A stretch of 64,000 nt of DNA from Octopus bimaculoides (lineage: Eukaryota), in assembly GCF_001194135.2 (NCBI RefSeq), contig NC_068981.1, positions 180,835,047 to 180,899,046 on the forward strand, in the 5' to 3' direction. The notes under the pieces are model-generated. The model was not told the DNA's origin, searched no databases, and saw only the letters and a list, made by a program, of their open reading frames with translations. Position numbers and translations under genes: made by a program. This document shows, piece after piece, positions 14,081 through 26,507 of this stretch (its first letter is position 1; each line of letters starts with the position of its first letter).

Positions 14081-15559
14081 ATAGAATAATTTGTGAGCTC
14101 AGTGGACTTCACAGCAGCTCAAGTTGTCCAAAAGCAGGAAAATAAGGTTTTATCTTTAGTTGCTATGTGATAGCCAGGTTTTGCAATGTGGTACAGGAAA
14201 ATCCATACAACAGACAGGAGCTGTCATAGGCAGGGAAACCCCTTACTGTCATCATTTAATGTCTGCATTTTCATGTTTGTAATGGTTAGACAGAATTTGT
14301 TAAGACAGATTTTTTTGTCTATGGTCAGATACCCTCCTCTCGCAAACGTTCACTTGTTTCCAAGCAAAGTAATATTTTTCTGTAGCTAAACATGTCTTTT
14401 ATGGAAGACTGGAAACAAACAACCTTACTTGTATGATGATGATGCTTATTTACAACCATCTAGTGATGTCTAAACAAGGGTTTCATTCATTCATACATGC
14501 ATACATACATATGATGGGTTTCTTTCAGTTTCTGTCAACCAAATTCACTCACAAGGTTTGGTTAACCTGGGACTCATAGTAGAAAACACTTGCCGAAAGT
14601 AGCAAGCAGGGACTGAACCCAGGTCTACATGGTTGGAAAGTGAGCTTCTTAACAGCAAAGTCATGCCTGTGTCAATACCTTGCATTCAAATTTGAAACTT
14701 CTAGCTTATGAAATCCCGAAAAACCAATTTCATTAAAAAAAAAAAGTTTAGACCTTAAGACCATGACAGCAATTAATGTGGCACAACAATAAAATTGTAA
14801 AATTTAAGGTTCATTGTTTTTCTCAGCACAGATACACTCAACAGGGTTTTTGGCACTTCCAATTCAATTCTGATACTGAAGACAATGCAACACTGAATGG
14901 GTTAATGGAACCAAGAAAGCTACTGGTTCAACCACAGATCCATGGAGATGTAACCGCTATCCAACTGTTAGTACTATGTGAATGATGATATTTTGTTAAA
15001 TGTTCAAGTGTATTTAGTAATGAGAATTCTGTCTATCAGTGAATGAATTTTAGCCTTTTCATTGCAAAATTACATTTCATGGATATTCCAGTAATGATAA
15101 TCTACCACAAATATAATTGGTATTTTCTGCAAGTTACTTTGCCTCAATAATTTTGACAAATCTCAAAAATAAAAAAAAACTTTTAGACATTACATTCAAC
15201 TGCAGATAAACTGGTATATAAAACTGCTTTCTATGTAGTTAAGGGGAATGAAATTTTGAATGGATATGTCTGATTTCTGCAGTAAAAGGCTAAAAATATC
15301 TTATTGTGTCTCTTCCATGTTATACAATTGTGAGGGAGAAGTGCCTTGAATTAAAATCCAACCAGATTTAATTTACTTATGCTCCAGTGATTGCTCAAAA
15401 AAAAAAGAAAAAACCAAAACTAATTAAGATATGCTAAAATATTTAGACTGTATCAGACATATCAGCTATATTTAGGTTGGCTACTCATGTGTTAGGAATC
15501 ATCTCATATCAAATAAAGTGAAAGTAGAAAATATTAACTTTTAATATAGCTAAAAATAA

Positions 15560-15760
15560 CAGGGCAGCAAGCTGACAGAACAGTTAGAACGCTGGGCAAA
15601 ATGCCTAGAAGCATTTTGTCTGTCTTTAAGTCTTGAGTTCAAATTCTGCCAAGGTATACTTTGCCTTTCGTTCTTTTGGGGTCAAATAAAATAAGTCAAT
15701 GTAATCAACTTAACCCACTACCCTGAAATTGCAGCCCTTGTGCCAAAATTTGAAACCAGT
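15560..15760 (+). mobile_element. SINE family D, diverged copy
   Basis: gggcagcaagctgacagaacagttagaacgctgggcaaaatgc..ttgtgccaaaatttgaaac. Confidence 0.65.
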
Positions 15761-15863
15761 ATAGCTAAAACTATTAAAATAAATTTCTGAAATAATATCT
15801 TTAAACTGAATTATAAAATAGACAGAATCAACTTTAACTGATTTAAATCAGTACATTCCTGGC

Positions 15864-16553
15864 AAGGGCCAGCCCTAGGGTTGCTGGCATCCTGGGCAAG
15901 CTGAACTTTGGCATGTACAAGCTGACAGTTGTGGAAATTTCCTTGTCTTTGTCACACCCTCCTTGGTGTCCCCTAGCACAGGGTGTCCCGGGCGCGAATT
16001 TTTTTTTCCCTACGAGAGTTCGGGACCGCTGCAATGAACTCATTTGCATACAGCCAATCAGAGCTCACCTTGACCTTGTTGTCAAGTTAACAAAAACACT
16101 CTACCAAATAAACTCAAAATGGAGAACAGTGTTGTAAGTCGACCGATCGCCAAATTACGCCTGATTTTAGGAGACAAGTAGTTAGATTTGCATCAATACT
16201 TATTATCGGATTTTGTTAGGGCCTCATATGGGAAAAATGTGGGTAGAGGGTAATGCGATAGCAACCTTCTCCCTTTACTGTTTTACAAAGTAAACAACAA
16301 CACAAATAACTACGCAGAGGCAGCCATGGTAAGAACAAGCATTCTTAAAAGAGAATAGAAGCATAGTCATTCCTTACCCAAGTGACCTTATCTTATCGCC
16401 CATCACTTGTTATGCACTCATAAATTAGTTTGATTGATGAGCTCTGATTGGCTGTATGGAAATACGGTCATAACGGGTCCGGAACTCTCGTGGCAAAAAA
16501 TATTTCGCGTCTCTGCCGACTGCCCGAGTTGCCGGTATCTTGAGCCGGCCTTG
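15864..16553. mobile_element. hAT-type MITE with long subterminal inverted arms (or a nested TIR element at about 15992-16510)
   Basis: Outer ends aagggccagcc / gccggccttg with TSD-like ttcctggc / ttctaggc. Inner imperfect inverted repeats of about 75 bp: gcgaa..acgagagttc..catacagccaatcagagctca. Confidence 0.6.
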
Positions 16554-19500
16554 TTCTAGGCAATGTTAGTTAGTGCATAGCAACTAATTGAATTAAATTA
16601 TGTTGTCTTTCGTCCTTTTTCCGAAGACAAAGGAATAACGACCAGACAAAAGTATAGGGATCCATGTACCCCAGTATGGCCGCGTGCAAATGAGAATCCT
16701 GTTTGTAACCATTATAGCTCACACATACTTTCCTCAGAGGTTGTATTGTTGTTTGTGTATGTATGATATTTGTTGCGATGAATGTCACTTCGTGATGTAG
16801 GAATGTGTATGTTACTGTATAACATGCCATCTGTTGATTAAAGATAACACTTGTCAAAACAGTGAAGTTAATAAGTCCCCGGTATACCCATATTTTGAAA
16901 CGTGGTTATTAAGTAAATTAATAATTATCATTTAACGTCTGGTAAATGTTTTATGATCTGAGCAAAAATGCGAGAAAGAGAGGAAATAATACTATTTCTG
17001 TATTCAACCCCCCATCATCTATGTTTCACGCTATCTAAGTTCTCCATGTAAAAATGCCAGATAACCGTATGAAAACATTTAAGAAATAATATGTATATAA
17101 TTTTAGGAGAGGAAGCCGTGACAGTGTAAAGGTAAGAATTGCGCAAGTAATGAAATATTCCCAAATTGTTATTTCTTTTGTTGGTGAACCTTGGAACACA
17201 GTTACAAAATAAAAACTTTACAACAAACATAATACAAAACCTGCAAATGATAAAGTGCATGTCTAACACTGGGTTAAACTCGAATACAGCTGGAATAGTA
17301 ATAGTCAGTGAAGAGAGGAATTGAAAGTAAATAAAAGATTATTATAGTTACCTGAACAACAGTTATAGATAATCAACAGTGCTGACATGATGAAGACTCC
17401 CTCTTTCATTGTGAAAACTGAACATGTGTACAACTTTACAGAAGTTCAGAACACAGAAGATTATTTCGGGTGTTTACGGATTAATTTGGAACTACTTTAG
17501 TAGTTAGAATGTTGAGAGAATGAGAGAAATAATTAATGGGCAATTTAAAATATAAAATGGAAAACAAAAGAGAACTACAACTAAGCAAACGGATAATCCA
17601 TTCCTTTAATCTCGATCATATTGTAGAAAAAATAGCAGGTAATACTAACAGGTGATGGACTAAGAAAAGTTGTACTAAACTTAGAGAGGCCCTAATCTGA
17701 CAACCTAGTTAAAAAGTGAGATAGTTATGAAAAGGGCATTGTTAGCAACATTAAACGTTCAATTGCCTAGGGAGAGTAAAAAAAGGTGGTGGTGACAGTG
17801 GTGGTGGTACTTTTCAGTCATTCTAAGTTGAATGTGTGTTCGGGCAGAAGAAAATGATGTTACTCAGTTTGGGAGCAACACATTATGAAGTGAGCATTTT
17901 AGCTGATATAAAAAGTTGTGAAACATTGATGAGAAGTAGTCTTGAAGTGAACTTTTTTTCACATAGCTGTCCCTGGAACTACAATAATATAATTAAATCC
18001 AGGTAAGACATTAATGACACTGGTATTACTAGTCGCTAATTCAGAAAACAAATCAGTCAACAATAAACTATTTATAACCCAAGGTGAATCATACATTAAA
18101 AACCACCAATGTTTTAGATATCAAATTAAATTTTATAATCCTTTCCACTACAAATATTTTAACATTTGAAAGAAAGAAAAATGACAAATTGATTTATTTC
18201 TTCGTTTTTACATTTTGATTTACTCAAATTTTTACAGATGTTAAATAACCAAAAATTATATGAAAATTTATAAAATGGAATCAACAATGCTTTTTTAATA
18301 ATAAGACTTTTTTAAATTGTCCGTTATTCAGTTAAAACTTTTGTGCTTCCCTCAATCTTAAAGTTGGTAAAATTTTAAAAAGATTACTTTTACGAAATTT
18401 TAGAGTGTTTCTCATTTACGGAAATAAATTTGTTTATGGATAGAAAAGTAACCAGTTTCCTGGTTTATTATTACATATATATTTCATATAATAAATTCTG
18501 TTACATATATTTAAAAAGTAACCAAGCGAACGACATGAATCTTATGAATCAACTAATTCATGAAAGAAAAGAAAATATTGATCTGGTTTCATGAATTTTT
18601 TTTTTTTTTTCTGTCAAACATAATAAACTTAAGGATTAATTTAGACTGAGTGAAAGAACGACTAATATCTATTTTGACAGGCAGGAAAGGAATCTAGACT
18701 ATGTAAGATGATGAAACAAGATGATGAATGCCCAACGTATTTTACTAGAGTTCATGAACTAATCTGAAAGTAACAGAGATAAACACTCACCATAAACAAA
18801 CTTGAACTGAGAAGTTAGAGGAAAATAAATACAGGTGTTGAATTGTGATATATTGTAAGGGAAAGCATAGATAACTTTTCAATTGTTTAAAAAAAATTTA
18901 TATACCCGATTTAAATATGTTTTGTTAAATACCATACAGGTGTCTGTCTACTTGTCTGTCTGGCAAAGAGAGGAGAGAGAGTATAAGAAAAATTATAATT
19001 CTATCAGCGCAAGGTGACAACTGTTGAGACATGAAAATAATTAGAGCTCCAGAATTTTGGTAGACTACATATCACTTAGACACACCTGTGCTTAAAAACT
19101 GATTCGTGCAGACAGTTTCTTTTTTAATTGTCTCTCTCTCTCTCTCTCCTCCCACTCAGTTTTCTGTCTATACAAGCGTCTCTTCCTCTTTGTCCTTCTT
19201 CATCTCTTGCCTCTTTCACATTCCTCTTCCCTCTCTGTGTTTCATACATTTCTTATTCCCTCCCATACCAGGTAGCGGTTGATGACAACACTGAACTATA
19301 CGAGTTTATGGATCCGGTAATAACTACTCCTAAATGAAAGAAGAATAAAATAAAATAGAACAAAAGCCAGCGTGTCAGAAGTTAACACAAAAGAAAGAGA
19401 ACGATGTCAACGTGTTACTATCACCACCACTAAACCAAGTCAAATTTTGCTGAGATTTGCTATTAAACAAATTTGAACATCACTGGCCTACCCATTCTCA

Positions 19501-20179
19501 GCTGATGGTTTACTAAAATTGTTGCTAGTTGAACGAACAAGGGAGGGAGATGATGCTGTAGACAATACAATGACATATTTTCACAACGTAAGGAGATTCT
19601 TCGGGTAGCAAATATATCAGGATGTAAATACGATAACGAACAGGAAGACGAACAATAATAAAGAAGTTCCAAAATTCGGGAGTGATATGACTCAGCAGAT
19701 AGATAACAAAAAGGAAATTGGCCACACCTTATTGGGTGTACATACCTCTATACAGGTAACACGACCCTACACACGCACCTGTATAAGTTGTTTTATGTCG
19801 AACGAATGAGAAAGGAATTCTCGTTACATATTGTAGAGGATTTGTTTTTTGTTATTTTTTTTTAACTGCAGCTGAGTTTGTCTCGCGGAAGATCAGTGGT
19901 GTGAAACACTCGAGTCACGAGACAACCTCTCAGCTTCAGTTGCAAAAAAAAAAGCTATATGTACATATGCACCAACTTACGAAGTTGCTCATTTTATCAT
20001 TTCATATCGTTCTTTTTTTTATTTTTCTTATACATATAATTGTGTGTAAGGTTGAGAGATAATCTCAAGAATTTTCCCAAAATGATATCCCTAAAAGGGG
20101 AAAAAAAAACTTGATTATCTGGAGACAGTAGGATGGCTATAGATACATGTTTCTGCTTCAATAGGCATCATCAGCACAT

Positions 20180-20510
20180 GAACGTTTTCCAACCAATTCT
20201 TACCCTGACTATTATACTTTCAGAACCATCACCTCTCGTGCTAATTATGTCACCTAGGCAACTGAAGCTATTGACTACTTCAAGTGAGCCAGCCAGACGT
20301 TTAAGCAAGTCTATTTCCAGTGGGCTCTTAGAATGCATTACTTCAGTGCATGTGCCACATATGAACATGCCTTCTATTAGTCTGCGTTTGATTCCACTAC
20401 ACTTCTTGCATGTCCATGGCTTACACTGATTACAGCATATGGAATTTACACTTAGATGGTTAGAGATGTAGTAAGTGATGAACAAAGATAGAGGTGTAAT
20501 TGATGGCAAA
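20180..20510 (-). mobile_element. Degenerate RTE LINE ORF2 fragment (Cys-rich insert after RT)
   Basis: SVNSICCNQCKPWTCKKCSGIK..FICGTC..LEVVNSFSCLGDIIS..SESIIVRVRIGWKTF. Confidence 0.8.
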
Positions 20511-21924
20511 TATACTCAATCATTCACTTGTGCTATTATATCATAATGACATCATTGAAGGCTGCTCTCATACAGTGTGTCCAGGGCAGAAACCATCTGT
20601 TCCAACCTATTATATTATTGAAATTTGAACCAATCATTGCAAACTAGTGACTGAAAATTATAACAGCAAATTATTTTTCAATGTTGCTTATTTACAATTA
20701 AGGGCTCTTCATCAATAAGGGTTAAATATCTTTTTTTCCTTTTGTATCCCAAATACAATTCAGTGCTTTTTAAGTACAACCCCTCAAGCTCTCACTCAGC
20801 AGTATTAAGTATACCTGAATGTGTATCATAAATTCATCTTGACTGGTGCTTCTAGTTTCACCTCATGGTTTATTCAAGCAGACTAACTTAACAAACTGTC
20901 AGGCAAAACTTAATGTCCTAGTCAAAACAAATTTCACTCAGCTATTAGTACTGAGTCCCTTCCCCATCAGTAAATGTTTTGTTATACATAAAAATCTTGT
21001 TAAAATAACAACAAAACTAATAGTGTGTATGTATGTCAGGTCACTCTTAGTGCTACCGGTAACTTGTGACCCAGTACAAACTGTCACATGTTGGTGACTA
21101 AACTGGAAACCCTACCAAGCCTTCTTAATAAGGTGGGTGGTTTTCATTGAACTCCCTGCAGGATGAGCAATGAAGTCTGTCAAAGGGCAGATGAACTCAG
21201 TAAAATCAACAGTCATCCAACAAGCTGGGAGTGAAGACTTTGTTTAGATATCACTCCAAGGAAAGAAAACTGATGTAACGCCTGCAACTTTGCACCAAAT
21301 GATGTAGGCTAAGTTGTCTTTTGGGGCAAGTGCATACATTGTTTAGACAATGGGATTGACTCAGTGCAAATCCTTTCCACGCATTAAAAAGCTTCAGGTG
21401 CAGGCATCATTTGATTTTTAACATCTCTATTATGTGTTGTATATAACAGCTTGCATTGGCTTAGGTGGTAAGCTTGAACCATCAAATCTGATAAACTCAA
21501 TTATTACTGAAACTACTTTTCACTGACAAAATTCCGATGCAGCACAGAATTTTGTCAGTGAACAGGTTGTGGTCTCAAAGTGACGAAAATATTTTGGCAA
21601 ATTAAATTTAAATGCTGAAGTGAATCTAATGGTTTTTGTGTTTCTTAAATGGCTTATAAACACCTTCCACGCTGCAATAGTTTTCGTTCCAGCACACGAT
21701 CTCAGATCAGGTCGCTTGCTATGCAAGTACATCTCCATAATTTTTAAATGTTGTATTTTAGAATCATCATAATTATAAACCATGGTTTATATATAAACCT
21801 ATTGTATTATGAGTATTATTATTCATAACAAATATTAGGTATTAAACCTAATTAGATGATACCATCCCTTAATGAGGCTAATTTAACCTCTAATTGAATT
21901 GTATATATACATATAGGTGCCAGC

Positions 21925-22240
21925 ATGGTTCCAGGTTCAGTCCCACTGCATGGCACCTTGGGCAAGTGTCTTCTACTATAACCTTGGTCCAACTAAACTC
22001 ATCATTATATATATATAGATATATATACACACACACACACACACACATGTATGTATGTCTGTGTTTGTTCCCCCTACTGCTTGACAACCAGTGTTAGTCC
22101 GTTTACACCCCTGTAATCTCCATTATCTAGCGGTTCAGCAAAAGACCACCAATACCAGGCTTAAAAAGGTACTGGGTTCAATTCGTTCAACTAAAAATTC
22201 TTCATGGCAGTGCCCCAGCATGGCCGCTGTCTAATGAATA
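21925..22240 (+). mobile_element. SINE family A, diverged copy
   Basis: catggttccaggttcagtcccactgc..ccttgggcaagtgtcttctac..cagcatggccgc. Confidence 0.7.
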
Positions 22241-22349
22241 TCTATGTGTTGACAGATACTCTGTCTACATTTTATGTGTGCGTAGGTTCAACATATGCCT
22301 ATCTGTATACATACATACACAATGATCTATATACATACATACATACACA

Positions 22350-22868
22350 ATGAGGCAAACTGGATATAAGAGGCATCAGATGTGTGTAAGAGAGAAGACT
22401 GGTTTGGTCGTGTGATGCATATGGTTGAGGGCAGCTGTGTAAAGAAGTGCTGAGCTCTAATTGTGGAGGTAACCTGTGGAAGGGACAGACCCAGGAAAAC
22501 ATGGGATGAGGTGGTGAGAAAGGATCTTTGGATGCTGGGCCTCACTGAAGAAATAAGGGGCTGGGACATGTGGCAATTTGCCATACTTGAAAAAAAGACA
22601 TGTCAAGCAAAGTAAAATCCCTATCTTCCATACATACAGGCTTGTGCTTTTCAGGTGCACCCATGCCAGTACTGCATAAGTGCATCCGTACCAGTGGCAT
22701 GTAAGTAGTACCTAGCACACTGTTAAGTGGTTGGCATTAAGAAGGGCATCCAACCAAAAAAACCATGCCACAGCAGACTACTGGAGTCTAAATAGCTCCC
22801 CAGCTGGCCAGCTCCATGTCAAACATCCAACCCATGCCAGTATGGAAAGCAAATATTAAACGATGATG
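22350..22868 (+). mobile_element. Degenerate RTE LINE 3' fragment (ORF2 C-terminus plus 3' UTR)
   Basis: Decayed KLDIRGIRC..RRLVWS..SCVKKC*ALIVE.TCGR.RPRKTWDEVVRKDL..LGLTEE, followed by the RTE tail. Confidence 0.8.
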
Positions 22869-22870
22869 TG

Positions 22871-22923
<53 letters not shown>

Positions 22924-23171
22924 NNNNNNNNNNNNNNNNNNNNNNNNNNNNNNNNNNNNNNNNNNNNNNNNNNNNNNNNNNNNNNNNNNNNNNNNNNNNN
23001 NNNNNNNNNNNNNNNNNNNNNNNNNNNNNNNNNNNNNNNNNNNNNNNNNNNNNNNNNNNNNNNNNNNNNNNNNNNNNNNNNNNNNNNNNNNNNNNNNNNN
23101 NNNNNNNNNNNNNNNNNNNNNNNNNNNNNNNNNNNNNNNNNNNNNNNNNNNNNNNNNNNNNNNNNNNNNNN

Positions 23172-23515
23172 TCAGTCCCACTGCGTGGCATCTTGGGCAA
23201 GTGTCTTCTACTATAGCCTCGGGCTGACCAAAGCCTTGTGAGTGGATTTAGTAGACGGAAACTGAAAGAAGCCCGTCGTATATATGTATATATATATGTG
23301 TGTGTGTGTCTGTGCTTGTCCCCCTAGCATTGTTTGACAACTGATGGTGGTGTGTTTATGTCCCCGTCACTTAGCGGTTCAGCAAAAGGGACCGATATAA
23401 TAAGTACTAGGCTTCCAAAGAATAAGTCCTGGGGGCGATTTGCTCGACTAAAGGCGGTGCTCCAGCATGGCCACAGTCAAAAGACTGAAACAAATAAAAG
23501 AGTAAAAGAGTATAT
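23172..23515 (+). mobile_element. SINE family A copy (5' end in gap)
   Basis: Family A body and aaagagtaaaagagta tail. Confidence 0.85.
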
Positions 23516-24421
23516 ATATTGAGTTCTAACACCAGGTTATTAGTATCGTTATGCCTAAGTGAAATATCAAAATATATATTCCTCAGTCAAATCGTCCAAC
23601 CCATGCTAGCATGGAAAGCGGACGTTAAACGATGATGATGATGATATTATATATATCTTTTAAAAGTTAGTTTCTGTGAGATTAGAAATTAGAACATAAA
23701 GAGCCATAGAATGTACTGGAACAAATCAACCTCAGTACATCTTTTTTTTTTTAAAGTCTGATACTTATTCCATTGATGGAACTACTAAGTTATGAAGATG
23801 TAAACAAACCAGCACTGGTTGCCAAATGCTGGGAAAGAGGACAAAATCAAAGACACACACACACACATAATGGGCTTTCACAAGATTCCATCAACCAAAT
23901 TCATTCCCAAGGTAATTGAAGATACTTGCCCAAGGAGTCACACAGTGGGACTGAACCCAAAACAACATGGTTACAAAGTGAGCTTGTTTAGCCATACAGT
24001 CATGCCTGTGTCATTGTTTTTTTAGACTTTCTTCTAATGGAATATGAAGAAGACATAGTATATGAGACATTCCAAAATGTTCCAGCCAGTTGCTACTAAA
24101 ATAGGAAAGAGAAATACGTAGCATTTCTAATTTATATCATCATCCAAGATTACAAAATAAACAAGACAAAAAAATAAATAACAAATCTTAAATTTAAATA
24201 TTTCAGCAATATAAAAATAGATGAATATCCATTAGGCATATGCCTGATGAGTGTTTAGACAAAGGCAGCAGATGTTGGTTTTGATACAATTCAGTGAAGA
24301 TAGGTCAGAGTAATTAGTTTGAAAAGACTAAAAATTCCATAACATAAAGGAAGAAAGAAAACCAGAGGCTGCTGACCCGAAATGTGTGGATATTATTTCC
24401 TTTTAATTACTTTATATATAT

Positions 24422-24479
24422 GTGGTTAGGATTCCTGGCTTTCACCCAGGCGGCCCGGGTTCGATTCCCGGCATGGGAA
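24422..24479 (+). pseudogene. 5'-truncated tRNA-Glu(TTC) copy
   Basis: gtggttaggattcctggctttcacccaggcggcccgggttcgattcccggcatgggaa: intact anticodon arm (TTC at 24441-24443), T arm and 3' acceptor strand. About 14 nt at the 5' end are replaced by (TA)n. Confidence 0.85.
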
Positions 24480-24499
24480 CGCATGTTAAATAGGCGTAA

Positions 24500-24726
24500 G
24501 GAGTGGCTGTGTGGTAAGTAGCTTGCTTACCAACCACATGGTTCCGGGTTCATTCCCACTGCGTGGCACCATGGGCAAGTGTCTTCTACTATACCCTCGG
24601 GCCGACCAAAGCCTTGTGAGTGGATTTGGTAGACGGAAACTGAAAGAAGCCCGTTGTATATATGTATATATATATATGTGTGTTTGTCCCCCCAACATCG
24701 CTTGACAACCGATGCTGGTGTGTTTA
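24500..24726 (+). mobile_element. SINE family A copy (3' end in gap), directly downstream of a tRNA-Glu fragment
   Basis: Head aggagtggctgtgtggtaagtagcttgc, close to the within-window consensus. Confidence 0.85.
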
Positions 24727-25583
24727 NNNNNNNNNNNNNNNNNNNNNNNNNNNNNNNNNNNNNNNNNNNNNNNNNNNNNNNNNNNNNNNNNNNNNNNNNN
24801 NNNNNNNNNNNNNNNNNNNNNNNNNNNNNNNNNNNNNNNNNNNNNNNNNNNNNNNNNNNNNNNNNNNNNNNNNNNNNNNNNNNNNNNNNNNNNNNNNNNN
24901 NNNNNNNNNNNNNNNNNNNNNNNNNNNNNNNNNNNNNNNNNNNNNNNNNNNNNNNNNNNNNNNNNNNNNNNNNNNNNNNNNNNNNNNNNNNNNNNNNNNN
25001 NNNNNNNNNNNNNNNNNNNNNNNNNNNNNNNNNNNNNNNNNNNNNNNNNNNNNNNNNNNNNNNNNNNNNNNNNNNNNNNNNNNNNNNNNNNNNNNNNNNN
25101 NNNNNNNNNNNNNNNNNNNNNNNNNNNNNNNNNNNNNNNNNNNNNNNNNNNNNNNNNNNNNNNNNNNNNNNNNNNNNNNNNNNNNNNNNNNNNNNNNNNN
25201 NNNNNNNNNNNNNNNNNNNNNNNNNNNNNNNNNNNNNNNNNNNNNNNNNNNNNNNNNNNNNNNNNNNNNNNNNNNNNNNNNNNNNNNNNNNNNNNNNNNN
25301 NNNNNNNNNNNNNNNNNNNNNNNNNNNNNNNNNNNNNNNNNNNNNNNNNNNNNNNNNNNNNNNNNNNNNNNNNNNNNNNNNNNNNNNNNNNNNNNNNNNN
25401 NNNNNNNNNNNNNNNNNNNNNNNNNNNNNNNNNNNNNNNNNNNNNNNNNNNNNNNNNNNNNNNNNNNNNNNNNNNNNNNNNNNNNNNNNNNNNNNNNNNN
25501 NNNNNNNNNNNNNNNNNNNNNNNNNNNNNNNNNNNNNNNNNNNNNNNNNNNNNNNNNNNNNNNNNNNNNNNNNNNNNNNNNNN

Positions 25584-25620
<37 letters not shown>

Positions 25621-25817
25621 ATAGGCAAAGGCATAGCTGTATGGTTATGAAGTTTTCTTCTCAATTGTGTGGTTTTGGGGTTCAATCTAAATGTAACACC
25701 TACTATAGCTGCAATGATTCTCAAGCAGGACCCTTATGACCCTTGGTGGTTCATGTAAGATTTTAGTGGGTCCACACAAGCAAAATAGCAAATTGGGTAC
25801 CTACAGTATTTTAAGGG

Positions 25818-26018
25818 TCCAGTGTGTGCCGGTGGCATGTAAAAGCACCCACTACACTCTTGGAGTGGTTGGCGTTAGGAAGGGCATCCAGCTGTAGAAA
25901 CTCTGCCAAATCAGATTGGAGCCTGGTGTAGCCGTCTGGTTTCACCAGTCCTCAGTCAAATTGTCCAACCCATGCTAGCATGGAAAGCGGACGTTAAACG
26001 ATGATGATGATGATGATG
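25818..26018 (+). mobile_element. RTE 3'-UTR tail fragment
   Basis: Ends ggacgttaaacgatgatgatgatgatgatg. Shorter copies at 23581-23645 and 30405-30588. Confidence 0.8.
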
Positions 26019-26507
26019 TATTTATAGCAAGAAACAGCTCAGCTTCTTTCTCAGAACATTTGACATAGATCAACATACACAAATAAATGGGTGAAAAAAA
26101 AGAAAGGAACTTTGAAAGAAAATTCTATAAAACTAGTTTTCAGATATCAAATGGCTATGAGGGTCCACCAGAATAAAATAGTAATCAAAGGGGTCTTTAG
26201 GGGTCATGCCTTGTGCATGAAATTTGGTAGACAGAAACTGTATGGAGGCCCATTCTCTGTGTGTGTGTGTGTGTTTATGTTTTTGTCCTGCATCATAGTG
26301 GTTCAACAATGATCAATGAAAACTAGCAGGTTTAAAAATACATACAGGGATCAATATGACTGACTAAACCCTTCAAGGCTGTGATCCAGCATGGCCACAG
26401 TCCAATGATTAAAACTAGTAAAAAAATGCTTTTACAATTTTTTGTATAAGTTTGTGCTAACCAACTGATAATTTGGCTGGTTTTCAATATTATATCTTTA
26501 GTAACAA

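Noticed and set aside
17107-17131. Possible 25-nt plus-strand microexon (ttttag|..aaag|gtaaga)
   Set aside because: Not a multiple of 3, weak pyrimidine tract, and no partner exons; such matches are expected by chance in AT-rich DNA.
24232-24270. ggcatatgcctgatgagtgtttagacaaagg resembling a hammerhead
   Set aside because: Lacks GAAA and a proper stem II.
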